Assembly: GCF_963853765.1 (NCBI RefSeq)
Contig: NC_088859.1
Span: 53,196,001-53,260,000 of the forward strand
DNA length: 64,000 nt
Origin: Magallana gigas
Taxonomy: Eukaryota
Direction of reading: 5' to 3'
Position 1 is the first letter of the stretch. Every line of letters begins with the position of its first letter. Shown here in pieces: positions 52,417 to 63,639 of the stretch. The translations under genes were made by a program, and so were the position numbers. Under the pieces are notes generated by a model. The model was not told where the DNA came from. It ran no database searches and saw only the letters and a program-made list of their open reading frames with translations.

Positions 52417-52560
52417 AGGGGCATGGTCACAATTTTGGTCAACAATTATTTTTCCGATTTTAATATTTACAATGCTTCAGTATGGCATTTTTATAATGCA
52501 ACAAAGTTTGAGTGTCATTAGTTGAGTAATAAGCAAGCTACAAAAGCTTTTGAATAGAAA
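52417..52560. mobile_element. Left end of a TTAA-flanked Kolobok-like MITE
   Basis: TTAA|AGGGGCATGGTCACAATTTTGGTC terminus; no right end found. Confidence 0.5.
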
Positions 52561-53127
52561 AATCAGCTTGAAAAATATTTTTTTTCTGGTATATTTAACT
52601 TTTGTAAACAAAAACTGGGCACGAGCTTTGTTTACACAAGTAATATAATGTTATAAACAGGTCTGATACACTTATATTTAGCTACATAACTTGAAATACC
52701 TCACTAACTTCATTTACCTATCTAAAGTAGCTGTATTCAGAGACATTTAATATACACATACCTGTAAAAGAAGTACAATTGACCTTGTAGGGATAGTGGC
52801 AGTGAAAGAGAAATATGGATGACAGTGCCTTTTACAAATAGTATTCAGCCTTTAGTTTGCATTTTTCTGAAAGTGTACACTGTATGAACAAACGTAACCA
52901 ATAATAATCTTCAACTTTGATCAATCCATGAATATGTCATTCTTGAAGATGGGTTTCCTTCAGCATAATTCTGATCAAAGTTTTAAAAGTTTTGGACTAT
53001 GTACAACTGTTAATTTATTACCAAACAGCTACTTAAAGGAAATACAAATGTAACAAGGAAGAATGGTTATTGTTAGTATGTATCAGAGATGTTGCATGAA
53101 ATTGCAGTAAAGAATATTCCTATATAT

Positions 53128-53290
53128 GTGATAGGGTATGGCGGTCGCCCGCTTGGACACGTGGGTTCTCTCCGGGTACTCCGGCTTCTTCCCACACCAA
53201 TGACCCCCTCGCGCTAACATCCGTGCCAACGAGAGATATTAATATAAGTTGTAGAACTTGCTTATCAATCGTTGTAAAATAAATAAAGTT
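53128..53290 (+). mobile_element. 5'-truncated SINE (V-domain-like motif)
   Basis: GTGGGTTCTCTCCGGGTACTCCGGCTTCTTCCCAC motif followed by an A/T-rich tail; no tRNA head. Confidence 0.6.
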
Positions 53291-53333
53291 TAGTTTAATA
53301 TTCCTAAGATAAATGTTTACACTACAGGTAACC

Positions 53334-56188
53334 ATGGCAGGCTTGGTGAAGATGTACAATGACCTGATGGAAAAAGCAGGCAAGTATTGACAATCAGAAA
53401 ATTCTTATATAATATTGAATTTCAGAGAATTCATCTGTTGTAGAATTAATTGTTGTAGAATTCTTCTTTTCTGTAATATTAGCTGTAACATAAATTAAAT
53501 TTTACTTTGCTGTTTGCTATTGATTGTTGACTCTTGACTTTTTTCATTATGGTAAGTTTTGAATTTGAGTCTAAAAGTTAACTCGATACGTATCTGTAAA
53601 ACAATGTGTTGGTTACTTTGAATGCATTTACCTAAGTGTTCTATAATGTCCTGGGTAGAGCTCTATAAGTTTGCAGTATAACTTGATCGTACTTTGGTAG
53701 ATCCACGCGTGGAGGGATGGTTTATGATGTCATCACCGTGGCCCAGCCTTGTCATCTGTGTGGCCTACTTTGTATTTGTCAAGATGGGTCCCACCATCAT
53801 GGCCAACAGAGAGCCGTTTGAGTTGAAGAAAGTTCTGATAGTGTACAACTTCTGTATGGTTCTTCTGTCTACTTATTGCTTTGTAGAGGTAAGTACATGC
53901 CGGCTTCTGTCTACTTATTGCTTTGTAGAGGTAAGTACATGCCGGCTTCTGTCTACTTATTGCTTTGTAGAGGTAAGTACATGCCAGTCTCCTAATTCTG
54001 AATTATTATGGGTAACTCCTAACGTGCGAATATCATGTTAATGTACCGGTACTCACAAGTTTACAAATAGACTCTATGGATTCCTTCTCAGTCAGTCTCT
54101 CTCCAGTCTTTCTCTTCAATTAACTCTATATAAAAGTATCATATTTAGAGCAGCTCATGCTTTGTTGTTTCAGTTCCTGCTGGCAGGCTGGTTGACTGGA
54201 TATTCTCTCCGATGTCAACCCGTGGATTACTCGGAGGGTGGAACACGGGTCAGTGCTTCTTATTATCAGAGCTTTAACTTTGAAGTATTAGACGAAACCT
54301 TAAATGAAGATATAAAATTTATTTACTCTCATCAGAGCTAAAACATTGAAATATTAGACAAAACCTTAATTGAAGATATAAAATCTATTCACTCTCATCA
54401 GGGCTAAAGCATTGAAATATTAGACAGAACCTTTAATCAAATCCCATTGAATACTTGACCCTAGTGGTCATTGTTTAGTGTTGTAGATCCAAATGACTTG
54501 AAAAAGCAAATCAAATGATTTTATTGAATTAAAAGAAACTTTTTCCCATGCCAATTGATTGACTAAAAATGCATATTCATTTATTTGAATTGAAGATGCC
54601 TTTTCATTGAAAATGTGTCTTGCTTCTGATATTTTCCTTTCCTTAGATAATAGTTTGTTTGAAATACGTTTGCATTTAATATTTCTGAATGCATAGAATC
54701 TTGGTGTGTATTTCTAGTATTTTAATTGATTCAATTTTTCAGATGCTTAAAGTCTGCTGGATGTTTTACTTTTCCAAATTCATAGAACTTTTAGATACAG
54801 TGAGTACAATGTAATGCACAGCTGCATACAGTTTGTAAATGCATAACCGTTTTCTCAATACAATGTAATTGCCATGTTCTAGCATGTTTTGATTATTTCC
54901 AGGTTTTCTTTGTGATGAGGAAGAAGTTTAATCAGGCCTCTTTTTTACACGTGTTTCACCATGGTATAATGCCCTTCTCGTGGTGGTTTGGGGTCAAATT
55001 TGTCGGAGGTAAGACTGTTTGTTGTCAGTAGACTTGTGTTTTGATAACCTAAAATTGAAATTGAGTTCACAGGAATCCAAATTAGAATGGATTTAGTCAT
55101 ATCATTCATAATAACAAGCCAAGACCATTCACTGCTCCCTTGTTCCACATGAGTGTAACAGGGAGTGAATCTTACTGACAGATCTAGGATTCTAGGATAT
55201 AGTAGATTACTAGGCACTTTGTACCCCTCCAGAATTGCAAACACCTGAGGACATTTTAAAACTACCTACCTAATTTTGTTCCCTATCTCTCAGTTTACAT
55301 GTACAAGGCGTCAATTGTTCATCTAGTGCCTTCATGTTGTAGGTGGGTTTGGAACGTTTCACTCCATGCTGAACTCCTTCATACACTTAGTGATGTACAC
55401 ATACTATGGAATGGCAGCTTTAGGACCAAAATACCAAAAATATCTGTGGTGGAAGAAGTACATGACTTCTATGCAGATTGTAAGTGTAGAGGAATTTATT
55501 TCTCATATTATTTTGTACGTTGTCGGAAACTCACAGTCGGTCTTGCTTCTTTTACCTAGGTAAAAGAAGCGAGACTGACAGTGGGTTTCCAACAATGTAT
55601 TTTGTACAATGCCCATGAAATTCCCATAAAAATTCATCAGATAACGTTGAAACCTCAGTCAGTTTCACCTATGCTTACTGACTGCAGACCTCTCAGTTCT
55701 TGATGTTTTCTGGCGTTCATGAAAATTTGTTGTATCTTTTAAACCTTGGGAAAGCAAATGTTTTAAGGGTAAGATGGTAAAAAGGTAAAGCTCATATATC
55801 ATTTATTCTGTTAATCAGAAAGAGAGTATTCATGTATCTTCCTTTAGTTAACATGAGACACAAAGAAAACTTGGGTTAGCATATGCAGGTCTGGCTCTGG
55901 ATTATTTTACTGCAACAATTGCCCTGTTATAGTTATCCATGCAACAGTACCTTGCTCTTGTGTTTGAGTCATTAGTTGTTTGTATTTCAGACCCAGTTTC
56001 TGCTGGTGACCGTTCACTCTATACAACTGTTGTTCATGGACTGTGACTATCCCACGCTCTTTGTGTATTGGATTCTGGCTTATGCTGTCATATTTCTGGT
56101 TATGTTTGCTGATTTTTATCGTAATGCATACAAAAAACCAAATACTAACGGAGCTGTTACCAATGGAGTCAAAGCCAAAGCTAATTAA
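53334..56188 (+). CDS. ELOVL7: Very-long-chain fatty acid elongase, ELOVL1/7-like, 268 aa
   Basis: Exons 53334-53379 (GC donor), 53701-53888, 54174-54248, 54743-54799, 54903-55008, 55343-55479, 55991-56188. ELO motifs [22 protein letters not shown] histidine box, [31 protein letters not shown], and C-terminal KAKAN (KxKxx ER retrieval). Subfamily assignment rests on [16 protein letters not shown] resembling ELOVL7. Confidence 0.92.
53380..53700 (+). other. GC-AG intron in ELOVL
   Basis: GCAG|gcaagt donor; splicing to ggtag|AT restores MEKADPRV in frame. Confidence 0.8.
53862..53985 (+). repeat. Three copies of a 42-bp exon-end/5' splice-site unit in ELOVL
   Basis: CTTCTGTCTACTTATTGCTTTGTAGAG|GTAAGTACATGCCGG; donors after 53888, 53930, 53972. 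Confidence 0.95.
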
Positions 56189-57639
56189 CACAAAACTGAA
56201 TTAGGAATCATTTACATATGTATAGAACAAAAAGTATTTCTTATTTATACCATGTTTGTTATGGCTTTTTAAAATTTGTTTTTCATCATTTTATATTATT
56301 GTACCAAAAACTATGAACCTCCATATCTAAATCCATGTATCGATTATCTTAAATGCATGTTTTTTGATGGTATTTATGTTGCATATAAGTGCATGTTTTG
56401 TACATGTTTATAATACCATTGCACATCTATACATTTTCCTGTTTGGTCAATTACTACATACTGGTGGAGAAGTAGGCTGTATTGTGTATGGTATTGTGAA
56501 AATTCATGCAACTTGGTGTGAATTATATTTTGTTTACCGGGTACCCTAATTCCAGCATGTTTAGGGATAAATCGTCACATTTCAAATAGGTTAAATGGAA
56601 TTTGCAAATATATTAAAGAGAGAAAGATACAATGCTATGTAATCTGAAAGACTAGTTATTTTATTTTCCTCTTGTGTGTGTGTGTACATTTACTATTGAT
56701 ACACTTCATGAATATGGACAAGTTGAGTTCACTTTGACCTGTCTTCTCACTAAAGTTGTAAGTGAAAACCCACGCCTTAAGTTGTGGGAAAATTTTATGA
56801 CAAAGTAATGAAAACAGCATTCTTTAACTTTGAACAAAGATATTGCATAATACGTACAGTTTTGTTAGTTGATGCTTTTACTTCAACCTGTATTTTTTGA
56901 GACATTATTGATTTACAATGAAACCTTAGCACAGATATTCATCTAGTATGTGTTGTAAGACCTTGGCAAAAAGGTCTATTCAGGGTACATATTGTTCTGT
57001 ACATATTGAACATCTGTTATATTTACACTGATTGATAATCATGGCTGTCTTTCTGAAATGTGCCATTCTTTAACCAAATTCAGCACTTGCTTAATTTGAC
57101 ATTTGTAACACCATGTAAGAAATTATAGTGAGATGTCTATAGTACATACACTCTTCTAATAAATTTTGATATTCTTATATACTAGGTTTTGTAATTTTTA
57201 TTTTGCTATATTGCTATACCCGTAAATAGATTTGTTGCAAAGAATTTTTTGTGTTGTTCTTGTTGTATAAATTATCATTTGTTCGACAGCCATCATGTTA
57301 TAGGCTTGATATACAGGTACACATACTCAGACAGTTATAAGATGAGCTTTCATATATATATACAGGTACACACCCTTGGAGAAAAGAACTGGCTTTTTCC
57401 ATTGAAATTCCATTGAACTTTCATTGATTTTCCAGTTATCATTGAAATACCATTGATAGTGCATTTATTTTTCTTGTGTCTTCAACAGACCAGTTTTATA
57501 CCTACCAGTTAAAAAGCAGTTTTCAGAATGCTGCATTTTTAATGGCCTACAACTTTCAGTGAAACACCAGTTTTCCAATTCACTTAAACTTCAATGTTAC
57601 TGTTTCCCAGTAAAATACCATTTATTTTCAGGAACAGTT

Positions 57640-58090
57640 AAATGGAATTCCTATAAACATTTCTAGATTTAGTCATTGCATATACATGTACGTTGTTCAC
57701 ATATTCCGTTTTCCATTCCACATTTAAGCAACACTTTATATAAATAGTGCCTGTTTGGGAGCGTAACAGTTGAAATTGACACCCCTCGAAAACCATTGTC
57801 AACCTCCGCTTCACGTCGGTTGACAATGGTTTTCGAGGGGTGTCAATTTCAACTGTTATCCTCCCAAACGGGCACTATTTATTTTATTATACTGAATGTC
57901 TTAATTTTTAAGAAAATTTTACTGCTTTTATATAGGAATAACGTGAACCGTACGCGCATAATTTTCGCGCATGTAACAATTTGTAATGTTACCCATTGCT
58001 AAGTGCGTTGCTAACGCTGAGGGTAATAGAAAGGATTATGAACTGCGTCTTAACCAATCAGATTTCAGTATTTAACATTAAAGTATAACA
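57640..58090. mobile_element. Interspersed repeat with a central 65-bp-arm palindrome (possibly Crypton-like non-autonomous element)
   Basis: Arms 57740-57804 and 57818-57882 with 3 mismatches; AACCAATCAGAT near the right end. Outer boundaries and family are approximate. Confidence 0.5.
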
Positions 58091-58204
58091 ATAAATAATA
58101 TCACATGTTATACCATCTTTCCAATTTGTTTGTTTTAGAAAGGAAATAATGACTTAGATACAATCATCAAAAGGCATTTGTTCTTTATTATTTCCCACAA
58201 CATA

Positions 58205-58502
58205 TACTCATTACTATATAATAATGAATAAGAAGTATGTAGGTCAAGGAGATGAAACGTGCAATTTTGGATAAAAAAATGATATTTAATAAAATAGAAT
58301 TCAGTAAACATAATTAAACAAAATTAATCCCTAGTCGGATTCCAACTGGTGATCTGTGGTTCACAAGCCCGTTACTTTAACCACTTTGCTATGAGGATAT
58401 ACAACCAACTCAATTGATACAGTTTTATACAACAAAACTTTATATCGTCATCTTGTGATGTAATCTTACAGAAATAAGTCTGCATGGATGTAGTGAGGAA
58501 CC
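58205..58502. mobile_element. Diverged, 5'-truncated copy of the 28298-28639 family
   Basis: Colinear similarity including the decayed tRNA-like part and the GTAGTGAGGAACC|TTAA end. Confidence 0.65.
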
Positions 58503-59133
58503 TTAAGGCTCAGATTTTGCATCCAAGTTGGTCTTGTCTTTCAGTATCCCCCGATACATCATCCAAGCAAGTTACATGTATTTAGCAAGTTTAGAACTAG
58601 TAACAATTTAGATATGGGCAAATTTTAACAGGATGTCAAGTCCAAGGGTAAAGCATGAATTACCAGAATGAGGTAAGTCTTCCATAATATGCTATTGCAT
58701 GTGTACTGTAAACAGATTTTATTAAGCTTGTGCAATATGAAGCAAAATTTGATTTTTCAGTAGGTTAGCATAGATTTGCTTTCTAAATTTACCTAAATTT
58801 TTTTTTACAAACATGTATTTTGGTGATGTGATTTAGCTGAAACTCTTTTCCATAAAAACGCAACATAAAATTACACAGCTATTAATTTAAAAAATGTAAT
58901 AGCCTTTACAGTAACATGGGCATTAAAATGTGTACAGGTCAACTTTGTGCTATATACATCTATCAGAATATCGAAAAAAAATAAGGTATGTGCAATGGGA
59001 ATATCCCACCTAAGACAGGTTAAGAAAGAAACTCAACATGTGTAAGCATGTGTAAGCATATTTTAATTAAATTCATTATCAACAAATCTACAAGAGTCAA
59101 TCTGTCCATGTCCTTGTCACTTGTAACATTTCC

Positions 59134-60878
59134 TCACATTTCACCTCGGGCCATTTTACTTTTAATTCTCGCCTCCCGAACCATCAGTCTTCTTTCTCTT
59201 TCATATTCTTTCATTCTTAGCACAAAACTGAAAATAATCATTGAATGTCATTTTTAAGAGTGAAAAGAAAAGACAATTCATTATGATATAGTATAAAAAA
59301 ATCCAAAGATTCATCTTTTGAAATGCCAACTCTAGCTTGTCAGGTTTCAATAATGGCTAAAATTAAAAATCTACTGGGATTTTACATGTCAAATGACATG
59401 AAAGTACTCCGTGTGACAACACTAAAGAATTTTTTGAGGTGTTCTGAGTATATTTCCAAAGATTTTTAGGATAATCTAATTTTCGCTTTTTTGCTACCAC
59501 TTTTACATTGCAAAACATTCAATACGGAGAAATTATATAAGGTATTGTTAACTATAAGAAACTTTTAAATTGCAAAAAATATCTGAGGCAAATAAAAAAT
59601 TACACATTTTCTCCATTTTTGCAAATTTTGTGACACATGAAAATAACCGGATATACTGGTACTGTACCAGTTATAGGTTAAAAGCAATTATCAGCTAAAC
59701 TGAGAGTTCAAGTTTAAAGCATACATGCATATGGGACTGACATTTTTTTTACATCAGTTGTCTGTCACAAATAAAGGAAAGTAAGTTTCCTTTAAAACAT
59801 TCTTGAATAGTTTTAAACATGAGCCTAAACATTCATTGTTTACCTGCTAAATAAATTTACATTTTGGCACTTTTAGCAGTGGGGGAAGTGAAAAATAAGT
59901 TAATTTAATCTCTCTTTGTGATATGTCATTATATACCTTCTTTGATTGGACATATAATAGCAACACATAAACAAAAGGAATTCACTAAATTCTGAGAGGT
60001 TCATAAAATAGTTGAACGCATGATTGCACAATTACGTATTGAATAGTCAACTTACTCTTCTATTTGGTTTATAAGTGTATGATAACAAAGGGATAATTTT
60101 ATGAGTTTTCAACTTTCGCGTATGCATCATACCCCCTTCAACCTTTAGTCTGACCCCACGAGGGGCATAATTCAAGTAACGTTTGCAGAGTATTAATTCA
60201 ACATGACTGATGTACATTGATTTTAATTTGTTATCATCACAAAGCTGATAACTGGTGTAGTTAATTGTAAAACTTGGCAAATTCTGGGCGAGTTAAAAGC
60301 ACAAAAAACAAGATGTTGTTGACTCAAATAATGATATAACCTAACAAATGGATAAAAAGGTTAATTAATATTAGCACCAATAAGCCACAAAAAGTGTTGA
60401 AAGAAAAAATGTTTTTATTATATTTTCATAATTTCTCTGCTGAAAATATGACTTTTAAACTTACTCTTCATGTTCACACGCCTGAAAATCCTGAAATACA
60501 AGATCACAAGGCAGATATGGCCATTTATTATCTTTCTTGCAGTCCAAAAATTTTATGTACATGTATGCACAATAATCCCTTCTTCTCAATGGGAGAAGGT
60601 GAGCATCCATCTCTTCGAGTGTTACTTTTGGATCTTGAAGGGAAAAAAAACGAGTATTAATCATGCAATCATGTACATAAATTGTTTAGCTTAGTAAACA
60701 TTAATTTAGAAAAGTGTTGTTTCGAATTTCCTCTATACATTCAAGCATACATACCTCTAATTTTCCTTCCATTGGGAAAGCCAACGAAGGGATCAAACGT
60801 GGGCTCTTTTTTCCAGTCTGGTCGTAACTCAGGACCATACCATAAGTCCCTAACGGGTGCACAATTAGCCTGTCCCAT
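59134..60878 (-). CDS. NDUFB7: NADH dehydrogenase (ubiquinone) 1 beta subcomplex subunit 7, 128 aa
   Basis: Exons 60755-60878, 60465-60633, 59134-59227. MG start, PTFDPFVGFPNGRK, LPLRRRDYCAY, twin CX9C motifs, FVLRMKEYERERRL. Confidence 0.93.
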
Positions 60879-61428
60879 ATTCAGGGCTCTCTCCTTTCGT
60901 TGACCGAGAGCACAGAGACGGTTCTTTGTCTATTCGCGAATAAAGTGTTTGAACACTGTTATCGGGATTCTCACTGCCCAGTCAGTTTTTGGCAAACAAG
61001 TAAATTTTAGAAATGTATACTTTTAGGCCCACATGTTTATGGTTTATACGACTTAAATATTGATCGCATATATTTGGATATCGTCAGTTCAATGACACAC
61101 AAGGCTATGCCGACTAACATACCAATGAGCCCCTTTCATATTTTTAAAATATCTTTAGATCTTTTAAAAAAAAACCTGCAGCTTTGCAGGTCTGAGTGAT
61201 GAAAAGACGCATTAGTTCTGTACTTGAATACGTAGTTTGCACACAAAACAACTTGTAAAACCTTTAAAATTTTGCTTATATAAAACAAAGATTACTCCTT
61301 TTTTATAGTAATTGGGGTGAAACTTCTAGGGAACGAGACGGAAGACACCCCTTATATTTTGGAACAAGTTAACAAATTACATTGGCCTTTTCTTACTTCC
61401 GGTCTCATGGTCGACACACACTAACAGT
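60879..61428. promoter_or_regulatory. Probable bidirectional promoter region of NDUFB7 and EIF3I
   Basis: 550 bp between divergent start codons; ETS-like CTTCCGGT near 61396 inside a pyrimidine tract. Confidence 0.6.
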
Positions 61429-63531
61429 ATGGTGAGCATAATTGATAGAAAAACGCCATTTTTATTCAATTGTACTTCATTATTAGCTTATATGGATAGT
61501 CTTCATCTCAATAGTTGCAATAGATATAACGTTATACATGAGGCCATGAGGCTTATGTTGATTATCTATGATTCATAGATAATTTTATTGGGGGGGGGGG
61601 GGGATGTTTTCCTTGTTCTAGACAGTGATACATTTAAATATACAATGGTTTCCATGTCTCAGTTTTATCAAACTGTAAGTAGTCTTGACATAAAATTCAA
61701 AAGTAAAATTTTATCACGTTAACCCATTTAGAATTAGAGGCACATTATCTGGGTAATTGCTCGCTTAAACAATCTCGTCAAGCTGGAGGTTTTGGCGAAA
61801 CGGGTCATTTGACTCTGATCTCTTATTCACTCTGATTAGATTTGCCCCAAGTACTCAGACACTGATTGTCGGGTGCTCATCTGATCAATAACGATGAGCA
61901 GTTTAATTAAACTCAATGATAAGAGGGAGAGACCGATCCTTTGGAAAGTTTTTCCGAAAGTATTGTAGTAGTTGGGGCTATATGGACCATGGATATCGGC
62001 CTGGGTAGCTCAGTGGTAGAGCTCCTGACTAGAGTTGCAGGTGTCTCGGGTTCGATTCCCGGTCCAGCCATTCGTTGTATTTATATACTCATTCCTCCTT
62101 TCCTACTACAGATGGTGCCGTGGCCTTCCTTGTTCAGGCATATATATATATATATATGTCCTGACAAGGTGAACTTGTGTTGGGTCTTCGGGGTCAAAGA
62201 CTATTTAAGGAGGGAGGAAAATGTAGTAGTTGGGGCTATATGGACCGTGGATATCGGCCTGGGTAGCTCAGTGGTAGAGCTCCTGATTAGAGTTGCAGGG
62301 GTTCCGGGTTCGATTCTCGGTCCAGCCATATGTTTTCGTTGTATTTATATACTCATTCCTCCTTTCCTACTACAGTATCATTTTACTTAAATATTTTGTT
62401 ATGGCAAGTTGTATTCATTGGGGTAATTAAAACTGTAAGTATTTTTAAAAGTGTCATTTTATTAATGACTGATACAAATATGAAATAAGGCATCATTAAA
62501 ATTTAACATACAGTTCTAACTTGGTGCAGAACTCTCTGTATTTCTTATTTTAATTTCATAATAATTTTATCCGTAAGTTAACTGAAATGCAGCGTAAAAT
62601 TTTACAGCTCTGGAAATAATTAAGAAATCATTTAGTAATGTGAAAAATTAACTTTAAATTAACAATTCTCTATAACTAGTAAATCATTTACAGTTTTACA
62701 TTGTTTTATACATAATTAAGTGTAAACTCAGAAAATTGGTTAAAAATGCCTTCCCTTCAAACAGAACAAATGTTTATAACATTTAATAGTTGTTTCATAA
62801 AACACAATGTTATCAAACATTTGAGGTATGTTTAGTGTGATGGATACAAGTGTTAGAGCTTCAGCCATTATGCCACCTGTATTGAAAGTTTGAAACAAGG
62901 AGAAACCAATTGGTACGAAACCTCTTGGTGCAAACTCGTGTTTGGGGTGAACCCACCTGTTACCATCTATTTAATTTGATATCAGACATTTCTTCGATGC
63001 AACCAAACAAGTGAAGATAAAAAAGGCTTTACTTAAAGTCAATGTGAATCTTAATTTTAATTGAAATTTTTTATTTTATTCATACATTTCAGAAACCAAT
63101 TCTCTTGCATGGACACGAGCGGTCCATCACTCAAATCAAGTATAATAGGGAAGGAGATCTGATATTTTCCTGTGCTAAAGACTCGCAGCCCAATGTCTGG
63201 TACTCTCTGAATGGAGAAAGACTGGGTTCTTTCAGAGGCCATAATGGCGCTGTGTGGAACATTGATGTCAACTGTATCCTTTGTTACTATAAAATCATTA
63301 TGATCCTATAAAGCAGTTTTTATATAAAAAAAAAAATTTTAAAATATGAAGGAGTTCAAATTGAATATGGAAATATGGAAGTCCTAGATTATTAGATTCA
63401 AAGATTTTAACAATATTTTGTTAACATGATGAACACAAATTCTGGTTTTCCTGAACTGCTTCCAGGGGAGTCAACAAAAGTGCTGACAGCAAGTGCAGAC
63501 AACACCTGTAAACTGTGGGATTGTGAAACAG
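61429..63531 (+). CDS. EIF3I: Eukaryotic translation initiation factor 3 subunit I (WD40), 5' part; continues beyond the window
   Basis: ATG-only first coding exon (61429-61431, ATG|gtgagc, inferred), exon 63093-63273 ([26 protein letters not shown]), exon 63466-63531 ([23 protein letters not shown]). Confidence 0.92.
61998..62070 (+). pseudogene. tRNA-like Pol III promoter module (A and B boxes) in the 5' LTR
   Basis: TAGCTCAGTGGTAGAGC (A box/D arm), GGGTTCGATTCCC (B box/T arm); ends GGC(C)TGGG and TCCAGCCA partly pair; anticodon arm irregular. Confidence 0.75.
62256..62328 (+). pseudogene. tRNA-like Pol III promoter module in the 3' LTR
   Basis: Second copy of the same 73-nt module with a few substitutions. 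Confidence 0.75.
63274..63465 (+). other. U12-type (minor spliceosome) GT-AG intron in EIF3I
   Basis: 5' splice site GTATCCTTTG; U12-like branch point TTTTCCTGAAC at 63446-63456, about 10 nt before the terminal CAG. Confidence 0.88.
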
Positions 63532-63639
63532 GTAACTGAGAGTGTCAGTAGTCAGCAAGCACTGATTGTGTCAGGGGCAAGTAAGCATTGACATTTTCGG
63601 TAGTGAGGAAGATCTGGCAGTGTTGGTAATAATCAAGTA

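Larger units (their letters stand above)
61964..62374 (+). mobile_element. Complete TRIM (miniature non-autonomous LTR retroelement) with tRNA-like sequence in both LTRs, Helenus-like
   Basis: 5' LTR 61964-62110, 3' LTR 62222-62374, both TGTAGTAG...CTACTACA; 4-bp TSD GTAT at 61960-61963 and 62375-62378; PBS TGGTGCCGTG just after the 5' LTR; PPT AAGGGAGGGAGGAAAA before the 3' LTR; no coding capacity. Confidence 0.9.

Noticed and set aside
61998-62328. Two functional tRNA genes
   Set aside because: Irregular anticodon arm, extra base in the acceptor stem, and location inside LTRs indicate a promoter module, not a decoding tRNA.
61941-62390. 149-aa ORF spanning the TRIM
   Set aside because: Its internal duplication simply mirrors the two LTRs; starts at TTG; no gag/pol similarity.
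62870-62900. ATG at 62870 as the EIF3I start
   Set aside because: No donor places it in frame with KPILL; ATG|gtgagc at 61429 gives the canonical MKPILL start.
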